64,000 nt of DNA from Treponemataceae bacterium. GTDB lineage: Bacteria; Spirochaetota; Spirochaetia; Treponematales; Rectinemataceae. Positions within the stretch are counted from its first letter, which is position 1; the number at the start of each line of letters is the position of its first letter. The position numbers and the translations under genes were made by a program. The stretch spans positions 384,001 through 448,000 of the forward strand of contig CAXXHO010000003.1 in the NCBI GenBank assembly GCA_963667725.2. Reading direction: 5' to 3'. The notes under the pieces were generated by a model, which saw nothing but the letters and a program-made list of their open reading frames with translations, had not been told where the DNA came from and searched no databases. Positions 27,906 through 37,521 of the stretch are shown piece after piece.

Positions 27906-28946
27906 ATGTCCATGGGGGATAGATACGGTACGCATAGAGTGATCGAGCCTGCGGGAGCCATGCCTCAGACGGCTTTGCGCCTGGATAACGATATGTCCAA
28001 ATTGTTCGACAACGAGATGCTGATCGACGTGATGGCGCTCAATGTCGATTCCGCCAGCTTCACCCAGATTGAGCAGGAGGCTGGCGGCGATGAGGAAAAA
28101 ATCAAATCGATCATTCTCAGTATCGTGGGAACGAGGGGCAAGCAGCAGAACCCCGTCACCGGTTCAGGTGGCATGCTGATCGGCACGGTGGCGAAAATCG
28201 GACCCACGCTGAAGGACAGGGATCTGAAAGTTGGAGACAAGATCGCCAGCCTAGTCTCTCTTTCCCTTACGCCTTTGAGGATACGTCGCATCATCGCGGT
28301 ACATAAGGAAATCGACCGCGTGGAAGTCGAGGCAGAGGCTATTCTCTTTGAATCGGGAATCTACGCGAAACTGCCGGCTGATATGGATGAGGGTCTGGCC
28401 TTGGCCGCTTTGGACGTCGCGGGCGCTCCGGCCCAGACCGCCAAGCTCGTCAGGCCGGGGGATTCGGTTCTGGTTCTCGGCGCCGGAGGAAAATCCGGCA
28501 TGCTTTGCTGTTACGAGGCCATGAAACGCGTGGGGCCGACGGGCAGGGTCGTCGCGAATATTCATTCAGAGCGTTCGAAAAAGATACTCGAAGAGCTTCA
28601 CCTGGCCCACGAAGTCGTTCTGGCTGACGCGTCACGGCCTGTGGAGTTTCTCAAAAAGGTGCTTCCGGCGAACGGCGGCAAGGAATTCGATATCTCCATC
28701 AATTGCGTGAATATTCAGGGCGCCGAGATGGCATCCATTCTTCCCGTGCGCGATGGGGGCATCGTCTACTTTTTCTCGATGGCGACGAGCTTCACGAGGG
28801 CGGCCCTCGGCGCCGAGGGTATAGGCAAAGACGTGACTATGATCATCGGAAATGGCTACACGAAGGACCATGCCGAGATCACGCTTTGGGAACTTCGCGA
28901 AAATGAGGCGCTCAGGAAATATTTCGAGGCTCAGTACGTGAAGTGA
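27906..28946 (+). CDS. kdd: L-erythro-3,5-diaminohexanoate dehydrogenase
   Basis: YGTHRVIEP, LNVDSASF, NPVTGSGGML, SLVSLSLTPL, LDVAGAPAQ, GAGGKSG, AALGAEG; lysine operon context. Confidence 0.9.
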   Translation: MSMGDRYGTHRVIEPAGAMPQTALRLDNDMSKLFDNEMLIDVMALNVDSASFTQIEQEAGGDEEKIKSIILSIVGTRGKQQNPVTGSGGMLIGTVAKIGPTLKDRDLKVGDKIASLVSLSLTPLRIRRIIAVHKEIDRVEVEAEAILFESGIYAKLPADMDEGLALAALDVAGAPAQTAKLVRPGDSVLVLGAGGKSGMLCCYEAMKRVGPTGRVVANIHSERSKKILEELHLAHEVVLADASRPVEFLKKVLPANGGKEFDISINCVNIQGAEMASILPVRDGGIVYFFSMATSFTRAALGAEGIGKDVTMIIGNGYTKDHAEITLWELRENEALRKYFEAQYVK

Positions 28947-28957
28947 GGAGGCATCCA

Positions 28958-30244
28958 TTGTCCGCGAAAGAATTTCCCCATCTGGTTCTTGATCGTTCCA
29001 TGGCTCTCTTCGAAGAAGCCCAGAAGCTGTCTCCCGGCGGAGTGATGGGAATAAGGCGGCCTTATAATTTTATTCAAGGCGAATATCCAATTTTCATAGA
29101 TCGCGGCTACAAGGGGCATATCGTCGATGTCGACGGCAACGATTACATCGATATGCTCTGCGCTTACGGGCCCATAATCCTGGGTTACGACGAGGCGGAG
29201 ATAAATGACGCCGTGAAAAAGCAAATAGATGAAAAGGGTTTCTGCTTCTCTCTGGTGCAGAAAATCCAGAACGATCTCGAAAGGCGGCTGACCGAGCTTA
29301 TCCCCTGCGCCGAGCAGGTCATTCTCGTGAAGACCGGTTCGGACGCCACGAGCCTGGCGACGCGGATCGCCCGCGGGTATAACGACAAACGCTATATTCT
29401 ACGCTGCGGCTACCATGGCTGGCACGATTGGTGCGTGGAAGTGCACGGCGGCGTGCCCGACGAGATTTCCTCGCTGACCGACGAGTTCGAATACGGATCC
29501 CTCGAAAACCTCGAGGAAAAGCTGAAGGCGCATCGCGGGGATGTCGCCTGCATCATCCTGACGCCGGTCGGGCATCCGCTGGCCAAGCCCGTGATGGCGC
29601 CTCCTCCGGGTTATCTGGAAGGCGTCAGGAAACTGGCCGACGAATATGAGGCCGTTCTCATCTTCGATGAAGTGCGCACGGGATTCAGGGTGTCGATGGG
29701 AGGCGCGCAGGAGCGCTATGGCGTGACGCCCGACCTGGGTACGTTCGGGAAGGCGCTCGCGAACGGTTATCCCATCAGCGCGGTCGCGGGAAAGAGAGAA
29801 TTCATGGGGGTGGCTGAAAAGAAGGTCTTTGTCTCTTCGACTTTCTTCCCCAACAGCCTGGAGATGGTCGCCGCCATGAAGTGTCTCGATATTCTGGAGC
29901 GGGAAATGGTTCCCGAATCCATATGGCGGCGTGGCACGGTTTTTCTGGAACGTCTCAGGGCGATCGCGGCGGCATCGGGCGTGCCCCTCACTGTTTCCGG
30001 GATTCCGTCGATGCCCTTCATGACCTTCGACAAGGCGGAGTGCGACGGGGAAAAGACCTACAAGGCGAGAAGGGAATATTTCTATACGCAGACCATCAGG
30101 CGAGGGCTCTTCATCCAACCTTTCCATCATTGGTATATCGCGCATCGTCATACCGACGCCGACCTCGATCGCGCCCTGGGCGTCATTACGGAGTCCCTGG
30201 AATTGACGGCGAAGCGATTCCCGGCCAACCAGGGCGGCAGATAA
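28958..30244 (+). CDS. kat: Class III PLP aminotransferase (HemL-like), probably 3-aminobutyryl-CoA aminotransferase
   Basis: DVDGNDYID, KTGSDAT, GYHGW, FDEVRTGFR, FGKALANG; GAGGAGG RBS before TTG28958; lies between kdd and kce. Confidence 0.72.
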   Translation: MSAKEFPHLVLDRSMALFEEAQKLSPGGVMGIRRPYNFIQGEYPIFIDRGYKGHIVDVDGNDYIDMLCAYGPIILGYDEAEINDAVKKQIDEKGFCFSLVQKIQNDLERRLTELIPCAEQVILVKTGSDATSLATRIARGYNDKRYILRCGYHGWHDWCVEVHGGVPDEISSLTDEFEYGSLENLEEKLKAHRGDVACIILTPVGHPLAKPVMAPPPGYLEGVRKLADEYEAVLIFDEVRTGFRVSMGGAQERYGVTPDLGTFGKALANGYPISAVAGKREFMGVAEKKVFVSSTFFPNSLEMVAAMKCLDILEREMVPESIWRRGTVFLERLRAIAAASGVPLTVSGIPSMPFMTFDKAECDGEKTYKARREYFYTQTIRRGLFIQPFHHWYIAHRHTDADLDRALGVITESLELTAKRFPANQGGR

Positions 30245-31066
30245 ATGGCAAAGAAAATCGTCATAACCTGCGCCTGTACCGGCGCCGAGACCACGAGGGA
30301 ACAGAATCCCTCCCTTCCACTGACTCCCGAAGAAATAGCCGATGCGGCATACGAAGCCTGGCTCGCGGGCGCGGCAATTCTCCATCTTCATGTGCGCGAC
30401 GAAACCGGAAAGCCGACGCAGGATCCCGCCGTATTCAGGCGCGCGATCGAGCTCATCAGGCGTAAATGCGATATTGTCGTGGAGATAACGACGGGCGGCG
30501 CCGTGGGCGACGGCGCCGAGGAGCGGCTGCGCCCCGTCATGGAAATAGAGCCGGAAATGGCCAGTCTCGACTGCGGAACCGTCAATTTCGGCAACGATTT
30601 CATCGTGAATACGCTCCCGACCATGCGACGCTTCGCGGCGGAATTCAAGGCGAGGAAGGTTAGGCCTACCTTGGAATGTTTCGATCTTGGCCATATCTGG
30701 GCATCGCGGATCCTCATCGAGGAAGGGCTTTTGGAAGCGCCATATCACTATGGTTTCGTCATGAACGTTCCCGGTTCGGTTCCGTATAACGTCGACAATC
30801 TCGAGGTATTCAGGAGGGCTTTGCCGGAAGACGCGTTTTTTACGGTGATGGGCATCGGGAAATCATCCTTGTCTGCCCAATATGGCGCGATAGCATGCGG
30901 AGGGTGGATACGTGTCGGTTTCGAGGACAATGTCTATTACGCGAAGGGAATCCCCGCCAAATCTAACGCGGAACTCGTAGAACGAGCGGCAAGAATCGCC
31001 CGGGAAGCCCAGCTCGATATCGCGACCAGCGATGAAGTGAGATCGTTCCTTCGATTGAGGGGGTAG
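30245..31066 (+). CDS. kce: 3-keto-5-aminohexanoate cleavage enzyme
   Basis: TGAE, LPLTPEEIA, HLHVRD, TTGG, ASLDCGTVNFG, RVGFEDN. Confidence 0.9.
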   Translation: MAKKIVITCACTGAETTREQNPSLPLTPEEIADAAYEAWLAGAAILHLHVRDETGKPTQDPAVFRRAIELIRRKCDIVVEITTGGAVGDGAEERLRPVMEIEPEMASLDCGTVNFGNDFIVNTLPTMRRFAAEFKARKVRPTLECFDLGHIWASRILIEEGLLEAPYHYGFVMNVPGSVPYNVDNLEVFRRALPEDAFFTVMGIGKSSLSAQYGAIACGGWIRVGFEDNVYYAKGIPAKSNAELVERAARIAREAQLDIATSDEVRSFLRLRG

Positions 31067-31070
31067 AACA

Positions 31071-32354
31071 ATGCATGATTTCTTGTCCTACGATTATCGC
31101 CGCATTCCTCTCTATGAAAATGTTAACCCCGAGGATTGGAACGATTGGCATTGGCAGATACGGAACAATATAAAAGATGTTGCAGCGCTATCGCGCGTAA
31201 TACCGCTTTCGGCGCAGGACAAAGAAGACATAGAGGAAGTGCTCAAGGTTTTCCGCATGGCGATCACTCCTTATTACGCGTCTCTCATCGATCCGGTCAA
31301 TCGTCTCTGCCCCGTCAGGCTGCAGGCTGTGCCGAGGCGCCAGGAAGCATTCACCGATAAATCGGACCAGTATGATCCTCTCCATGAGGATATCGATTCT
31401 CCGGTTCCTGGGCTCACCCACCGCTATCCCGACAGAGTGCTTCTCCTCGTTACCCATATCTGCTCGATGAACTGCAGGCACTGTACGCGAAGGCGGCTTG
31501 TCGGCGTCGAGGACCTAAGCCTGGACGACGCGAACCTCGACGCGGCCGTGGAGTATATAAGGAAAACGCCAATTATCCGCGACGTCCTGATTTCCGGAGG
31601 CGATCCATTCGTCCTGTCGACCGAAAGGCTCGAAAACATTATCTCAAGGATACGTGCCGTACCTCACGTGGAGATCATAAGGATCGGGACGAGAACGCCT
31701 GTCGTCTTGCCCATGAGAATTACGGATGACCTTGTAGCGATGCTGCGGAAATACGAACCGATCTATGTGAACACGCATTTCAACCATCCCAAGGAAATTA
31801 CGGCCGAAGCGCGGGAAGCTTGCAGGAAGTTGGCCGATGCCGGAATTCCATTGGGAAATCAGAGTGTCCTGCTCCGCGATGTCAACGATTGCCCTGTTCT
31901 CATGAAAAAGCTCGTGCAGAAACTCCTCTGCGTCAGGGTGAAGCCTTATTACATCTATCAGTGCGACATGTCGCGCGGCATCTCCCACTTCAGGACGACA
32001 GTGTCCAAGGGCATCGAGATCATCGAAAACCTTCGCGGCCATACTTCGGGGATCGCGGTGCCGACCTTCGTCATCGACGCGCCGGGTGGCGGGGGTAAAA
32101 TACCGGTCATGCCCGATTATCTCATAACGCAGAACGAGAAACGCGTGATTCTGAGGAATTATGAAGGCGTGATCACCACGTATGATGAACCTCATTTCTA
32201 TGAGGAAGACTGCGGAAAGTGCAGGATTTGTTTCGAGGAGCCTTGGCTGAAGCCGACATGCGGCGTCGCTCGTTTGCTGGACGGCCAGGAAAAAGTGCTT
32301 GAACCGACGAACTTGGCTCGAGCTTCCCGGTGCCATCATTCCGAAGCGCTTTAA
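31071..32354 (+). CDS. kamA: Lysine 2,3-aminomutase (radical SAM, PLP)
   Basis: HRYPDRVL, CSMNCRHCTRRR, SGGDP, HFNHP, GNQSVLL, DAPGGGGK. Confidence 0.93.
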   Translation: MHDFLSYDYRRIPLYENVNPEDWNDWHWQIRNNIKDVAALSRVIPLSAQDKEDIEEVLKVFRMAITPYYASLIDPVNRLCPVRLQAVPRRQEAFTDKSDQYDPLHEDIDSPVPGLTHRYPDRVLLLVTHICSMNCRHCTRRRLVGVEDLSLDDANLDAAVEYIRKTPIIRDVLISGGDPFVLSTERLENIISRIRAVPHVEIIRIGTRTPVVLPMRITDDLVAMLRKYEPIYVNTHFNHPKEITAEAREACRKLADAGIPLGNQSVLLRDVNDCPVLMKKLVQKLLCVRVKPYYIYQCDMSRGISHFRTTVSKGIEIIENLRGHTSGIAVPTFVIDAPGGGGKIPVMPDYLITQNEKRVILRNYEGVITTYDEPHFYEEDCGKCRICFEEPWLKPTCGVARLLDGQEKVLEPTNLARASRCHHSEAL

Positions 32355-32379
32355 GCTTGGGCGATGAGGCGATGGAATA

Positions 32380-33291
32380 ATGCTGCCTGACGCGATGAAT
32401 TTCCTGAATGGCATCAATCTCGTCACGGGACCAGGAAGGGCTTGCGGAAAGACGGCATTCGCTCAAGCCGCGGCCCTTTCGCTACGAAATGCCGGCAAAG
32501 GCTTCGCCATGCTCTCGATCGGCGTCGAGGGAAGCGTTGCCGGGCGGGAGGCGGCGCGGAGCGACTCAATCGTGTCGCTGGCAAGCGGCGAGGTTTTTAT
32601 CACGGCTTCAGGATTTTTAGGGGCAGCGACCTGTCTGCCCGAAATTCTGGATGTGCTGCCGGGTGAATCGGCCTTCGGCCAACTTGCCATAGCTAGGGCT
32701 TCCCGCTTCGGAAAGGCAATTCTCGCGGGTCCGGAAAGGAATGAATATTTGCGCTGGGCCGTTGAGCGAATAGTCGGGGAAGGTTGGGCGACCACGGTCA
32801 TCGTGGATGGCGCGCTCAATAGGATCACTCAGGCGGCTTCGCTTCGCTCCGCCAGACTGTTCTATGCCCTGCGGGTGGATGCGTCCAATAAGCGCTCGAT
32901 GGCAGGGAAGCTGCGATATCTGCATCGGCTGATATCCCTTCCTTTATTAGGCGATATTGAGATGGATATCCGGACGGGCAAGCCCGTCTCTAGGATAAAA
33001 GGTCCCTTGACGGCATCGCTGCTCGGCGGAATGGCATCCGATGTAAAGGTGATTGTCGTGGAAGACTTTTCCAAGATATTCCTCGATGAGAGGGATTTGA
33101 CGGACCTGATGAAGAAACGCGTTTTGGCTGTAGCCTCCTCGGTGGAGTTCGGGGGATTTTCCGTGGCTCTCCGCTCCGTAAAGAGAGGGGAATTCGAGAC
33201 GATCCTGGGGGATGAGCTTAAAAACCTCGTAATCTCTTGGGATGCCTATACAGAAACGGGCATCAAGGAAATGGGCGATGCGAGAATCTGA
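32380..33291 (+). CDS. KamB-like accessory protein of lysine 5,6-aminomutase
   Basis: P-loop-like GPGRACGKT, IVDGALNR; position kamA-X-mutS-like-kamDE. Confidence 0.6.
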   Translation: MLPDAMNFLNGINLVTGPGRACGKTAFAQAAALSLRNAGKGFAMLSIGVEGSVAGREAARSDSIVSLASGEVFITASGFLGAATCLPEILDVLPGESAFGQLAIARASRFGKAILAGPERNEYLRWAVERIVGEGWATTVIVDGALNRITQAASLRSARLFYALRVDASNKRSMAGKLRYLHRLISLPLLGDIEMDIRTGKPVSRIKGPLTASLLGGMASDVKVIVVEDFSKIFLDERDLTDLMKKRVLAVASSVEFGGFSVALRSVKRGEFETILGDELKNLVISWDAYTETGIKEMGDARI

Positions 33292-35071
33292 TTCAGTGGC
33301 GGAAAATAAAGTCTGTTCCCCGGGCGCATGGCTTTTCTCGAGGCTGGAAGAGCTATGGGCGGAACTTCAGCCGCTGACACCGTTCGGAAGGGATGTGATC
33401 GCCAAAAGAATCGTGCATTCCGATCAGGAGATGATCCTTTCTTCCTACGATGACATCAATGCCTATGAATCCTTCATCCGAGTCCATGGTTCCGATAAAG
33501 CGAGGATCGACAGGCTTGCGTGGCATCTGGGGCGAATTCCCCGTCTTCCCTCATTCGCCGATTCCGATATCGCCGGTGCCATGGATACGGAGGTTGGCGA
33601 TGTGGGAATGGGCGGCGATTTTAATGTCGTGGAATTGTTCCTCTTCAAGAAATTCCTCTCCAATTATAAAGCCTGCCATGATCTCCTGGATGACGCGCTG
33701 AGAGAGCGTTTTGGCTTTTCGTTTGAATCGGAACCTTTGTCCGCTTTACTAGAAAAAGGCGGCAGCGACTCGGAAACTTTCCAGATTTCCGAGCGTTATG
33801 ACGGAGAGCTGAGGCGGATAAGAAGCGACATCGGCAGAATTGGGGAAGAACTCGAAAAGGCTAAACGCGTTCTCGCAGAGTCGGCGAGGGATACCTGGGG
33901 ACTCGACTTCACGGGAAGGGATTTCCTGACTGTACCCATCGAAAAAGCCGTCGCTATAGCGTCCGAATCCAATTGCGGGACTCGCGGACGGATAGCCGTA
34001 GAACCTTATGACGATTTTTCCTGCCTTGTCAGGATTCTCCCCGATTCGGCGTATCTTGCGCTTGAATTGAGGAGAGAAGCGTTGCGCGACGAAGAGAGTT
34101 GCGCTGAAAATTCGATTGCCTCGAAAATATCAAAGATCGTTCAACGTTCTAGAACGGATTTCGAGCGCTACATGCGCGCCGCCGAAAGGCTCGATCTCGC
34201 GAGATGCCGGTATTTGCTCAAGAAAAAATACGATCTATGCAGGCCGGAATTCCTCGGGAGGGGAATCAGCATTAAAAGCGGCAGATTCCTGCCCCTCCTT
34301 CAGGACTGCAACGACATGAGAACGACGTATGTGCCGATCGAAATCGATCTCCGGCATCCCGTCACCGTACTTTTCGGTTCCAATATGGGGGGTAAAACGG
34401 TAGTGCTCCAGAGCCTGCTGTTTTTTCAGATAATGGCGCAGAGCTGCCTTAATGTTCCGGCCAAGGCTTTTTCGAGCCAAGTATTCGATGCCATCGAGTA
34501 TGTAGGCGAAGGGGCGGGGGGAGAAAGCCGCGGACTTTCGAGTTTTGGCCACGAAATTCATTTCCTCTCCAAGATCCTCAGAATGTCCATGACGAAGTCC
34601 TGCCTGGTGGCATTCGACGAATTTGCCCATACGACGGGTTCGGAGGAAGCGGAAGCTCTGCTTGCGGCCGTTATCCATCACTTTTCGGGAATGGATCGAT
34701 GCGCGATTCTTTTCGCTACGCATTTTCGAGGAATCGCGAGGCATAATAATGTTCATTGGCTCAAGATGGCTGGATTGGATATCGAAGCCGCCAGGATCTG
34801 GTTCTCGGCCGGTAAATCAGGCATAGCCGATGCGTCAGGTAAGGCAGAGTTCCTTGAAACCTCCCAGTCTCTCGAGGAGAGGATCAGGAGGATCAATAAA
34901 ATGATGCGTTATGAGATATTGGAAGACAAGGGCGGAGGCGGCGACATCGAAGACCGATCCGACGCGCTCGAGATAGCCTCGCTTCTCGGTCTGGATAAAA
35001 ACATTGTCGACGAGGCAGTCTCGAATCTGAGCGGCAGGCGCCTGATGTACAGAGAAAAATATCCGGAGTAG
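33278..35071 (+). CDS. KamC-like MutS-domain-V ATPase (aminomutase reactivase subunit)
   Basis: FGSNMGGKT, GLSSFGHE, FDEFAHTT, FATHF; no mismatch-binding or Smr domain; directly upstream of kamD. Confidence 0.7.
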   Translation: MRESDSVAENKVCSPGAWLFSRLEELWAELQPLTPFGRDVIAKRIVHSDQEMILSSYDDINAYESFIRVHGSDKARIDRLAWHLGRIPRLPSFADSDIAGAMDTEVGDVGMGGDFNVVELFLFKKFLSNYKACHDLLDDALRERFGFSFESEPLSALLEKGGSDSETFQISERYDGELRRIRSDIGRIGEELEKAKRVLAESARDTWGLDFTGRDFLTVPIEKAVAIASESNCGTRGRIAVEPYDDFSCLVRILPDSAYLALELRREALRDEESCAENSIASKISKIVQRSRTDFERYMRAAERLDLARCRYLLKKKYDLCRPEFLGRGISIKSGRFLPLLQDCNDMRTTYVPIEIDLRHPVTVLFGSNMGGKTVVLQSLLFFQIMAQSCLNVPAKAFSSQVFDAIEYVGEGAGGESRGLSSFGHEIHFLSKILRMSMTKSCLVAFDEFAHTTGSEEAEALLAAVIHHFSGMDRCAILFATHFRGIARHNNVHWLKMAGLDIEAARIWFSAGKSGIADASGKAEFLETSQSLEERIRRINKMMRYEILEDKGGGGDIEDRSDALEIASLLGLDKNIVDEAVSNLSGRRLMYREKYPE

Positions 35072-35077
35072 GACACA

Positions 35078-36634
35078 ATGAGAGAAAAGCTGGGTTTATC
35101 GAAGGATTTGATCGTCGAAGCCAGGGAGCTGGCGAACGCCATCTGCTCTCCCGTGCTTTCGTTTGTCGACAGGCATGCGAGCGTGACGGTAGAGCGCGCG
35201 ACATTGCGGCTGTTGGGGGCTGATGGCGCCAACGGCGACGGAGTGCCCGTGCCTAACCTGATCGTGGATTCGCTGAGGGACAGACTCTCGTCCGGAACGG
35301 CGTTATGGTACGCGAATGGGCTTGTTGCCGGGGGAATGACGGTCCACGAGCTCAACGCGAAGATTTCCAAAGGCTTCGATATATCCTCGTTGCCGATGGC
35401 CGATCCCGCCGCGGTCAGGGCAAAGGCGGACGCTCTAGCCGAGGACGGCCTTTCAAGAATCGCGGAAAACAGGAAGTTTCGGAAGGGAAAGCTCGCGGAA
35501 TTCGAGGGCAGGAACAACGAACCTTTGCTGTATCTGATAGTGGCGACAGGCAATATTTTCGAGGATGTGAAGCAGGCGCGCTCGGCGGCCAAAAGCGGCG
35601 CCGACGTGATCGCCGTGATAAGAACCACGGCACAAAGCCTTCTCGATTATGTGCCCTACGGAGCCACGACGGAAGGTTTTGGCGGAACCTATGCCACGCA
35701 GGAGAACTTCAGGATAATGAGAGCGGCTCTCGATGAAGTGGCGGAACAGGAAAAGCGCTACATTTACCTGACGAACTACGCCTCCGGGCTCTGCATGCCC
35801 GAGATTGCCGCCATGGGCGCCATCGAGCGGCTCGACATGATGTTGAACGATTCCATGTACGGGATTTTATTCCGCGACATAAATATGTACCGTACATTCG
35901 TGGACCAGAAATTCAGCCGCATGATCAACGCCTACGCGGGCGTCATCATCAATACAGGAGAGGATAATTACCTGACGACCAGCGACGCCTTCGACAAGGC
36001 CTATACGGTTTTAGCCTCGCAGTTCCTCAATGAACGATTCGCCTACGCCGCGGGGCTAGAACCCTGGCAAATGGGCTTGGGCCATGCTTTCGAGATGGAC
36101 CCGACGATTCCCGATGGATTCCTCTATGAGTTTGCCCAAGCCCAGATGGCGAGGGAGATTTTTCCGGAACATCCGCTGAAATATATGCCGCCCACGAAAT
36201 ACATGTCGGGAGATATCTTCAACGGCCTGGCGATGGACACTATGTTCAACTTCGCCTCGAAAGCGACGGGGCAGGGCATTCACCTGCTCGGCATGCTCAC
36301 CGAAGCGATCCACACTCCTTTCATGATGGATAGGTTCATAGGCGTACGAAACGCGAAATATGTCATGAATGCCATGGCTTCCTTCGGGGACGATATCGAA
36401 TTCAGGCCGGATGGCATCATGGTGAAGCGGGCGCGAGACGTGCTGGACAGGACTCTTTGTTTCCTGAGGAAAATCAAGGAGAGAGGACTGATGGACGCGA
36501 TAGCCGAAGGGCTTTTTGCCGATATAAAGCGGCCTCCCGATGGCGGGAAAGGGTTCGACGGGCTTGTTGAAAAAGACCCAAGGTACTGGAATCCCGTGGA
36601 AGACCGGCTTTCATCGGCCTTATCGCTCCATTGA
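35078..36634 (+). CDS. kamD: Lysine 5,6-aminomutase alpha subunit
   Basis: YLIVATGNI, QSLLDYVPYGATTEGFGGTYATQEN, NYASGLCMPE, KYMPPTK. Confidence 0.93.
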   Translation: MREKLGLSKDLIVEARELANAICSPVLSFVDRHASVTVERATLRLLGADGANGDGVPVPNLIVDSLRDRLSSGTALWYANGLVAGGMTVHELNAKISKGFDISSLPMADPAAVRAKADALAEDGLSRIAENRKFRKGKLAEFEGRNNEPLLYLIVATGNIFEDVKQARSAAKSGADVIAVIRTTAQSLLDYVPYGATTEGFGGTYATQENFRIMRAALDEVAEQEKRYIYLTNYASGLCMPEIAAMGAIERLDMMLNDSMYGILFRDINMYRTFVDQKFSRMINAYAGVIINTGEDNYLTTSDAFDKAYTVLASQFLNERFAYAAGLEPWQMGLGHAFEMDPTIPDGFLYEFAQAQMAREIFPEHPLKYMPPTKYMSGDIFNGLAMDTMFNFASKATGQGIHLLGMLTEAIHTPFMMDRFIGVRNAKYVMNAMASFGDDIEFRPDGIMVKRARDVLDRTLCFLRKIKERGLMDAIAEGLFADIKRPPDGGKGFDGLVEKDPRYWNPVEDRLSSALSLH

Positions 36635-36646
36635 GGGGGAAACATA

Positions 36647-37387
36647 ATGGTAAATATCGTAAGACCTTACGGCGACACCCTCGATGACGGTAAAGTCCAG
36701 CTTTCATTCACGCTACCCATTCCCGCCGGTTCGCGTGCCATGGAAGCCGCGAAGGCCATGGTGCTGGACTGGGGCTTCGATGAATGCGAGATCGCGCATT
36801 CCGCTCCTATGGACGAATCCTTCACCTTCTTCATAGCCTACGCGAAAACGGGGCGCGGCATCGATTACGATTCGATCAAAGCCGACAGCAGCGGCGACGA
36901 AGCCGCGATGACGATGGATGAAATCAACGCTTTCATAAGCGAAAAATTCGGCAGGAAGGTCGTCATCGTGGGCGCCTGCACGGGATTCGACGCCCATACG
37001 GTAGGCATCGACGCGATAATGAACATGAAGGGCTACAATCATCATTACGGACTCGAACGTTACGCGATGATTGAAGCGCACAACCTCGGTGCGCAAGTTC
37101 CGAATGAGAAACTTATCGAATTCGCGGAAAAAGTGAATGCCGACGCGATTCTCGTGTCTCAAATCGTCACGCAGAAGGATGTCCATCTCGAGAATCTCAC
37201 CCAGCTCATAGAACTGCTCGAAGCCTCGGGGGAGCGGGGACGTTTCATATGCGTAGTGGGAGGCCCCCGCATTTCCAATAAGCTCGCGGCCAAGCTCGGG
37301 TATGATGCCGGATTTGGAAGAGGCACATACGCGGACGATGTGGCGACATTTGTCGTAAAAAAAATTGAAAAGAAAAATAAAAGTTGA
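36647..37387 (+). CDS. kamE: Lysine 5,6-aminomutase beta subunit (B12-binding)
   Basis: PYGDTLDDGKVQLSFTLP, DAHTVG (DxHxxG), MNMKGY PLP lysine. Confidence 0.93.
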   Translation: MVNIVRPYGDTLDDGKVQLSFTLPIPAGSRAMEAAKAMVLDWGFDECEIAHSAPMDESFTFFIAYAKTGRGIDYDSIKADSSGDEAAMTMDEINAFISEKFGRKVVIVGACTGFDAHTVGIDAIMNMKGYNHHYGLERYAMIEAHNLGAQVPNEKLIEFAEKVNADAILVSQIVTQKDVHLENLTQLIELLEASGERGRFICVVGGPRISNKLAAKLGYDAGFGRGTYADDVATFVVKKIEKKNKS

Positions 37388-37521
37388 CGATGTTCTGTTG
37401 ATTTTCGGGTTTCTGGGGAGCACTATTCGAGGGTAAGAGCCGGGCGCGGCGGCATTTCGGCGGCGGTTGACGCTTCCGCAGGCTGGTCGCGTACGACAAG
37501 CATTCTCCAAGGAGGCTTTAC

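Noticed and set aside
28958..30244. Glutamate-1-semialdehyde aminomutase (hemL) call
   Set aside because: No tetrapyrrole genes nearby; position between kdd and kce favours Kat
29399..30748. 449-aa minus-strand ORF, and other long antisense ORFs such as 1848-2627, 45226-46242, 58255-59136 and 59189-60208
   Set aside because: They lie opposite well-supported genes, have no recognisable motifs, and are expected shadow frames in GC-rich coding DNA
33278..35071. MutS/MutS2 DNA repair call
   Set aside because: No mismatch-recognition or Smr domain; embedded in the kam cluster
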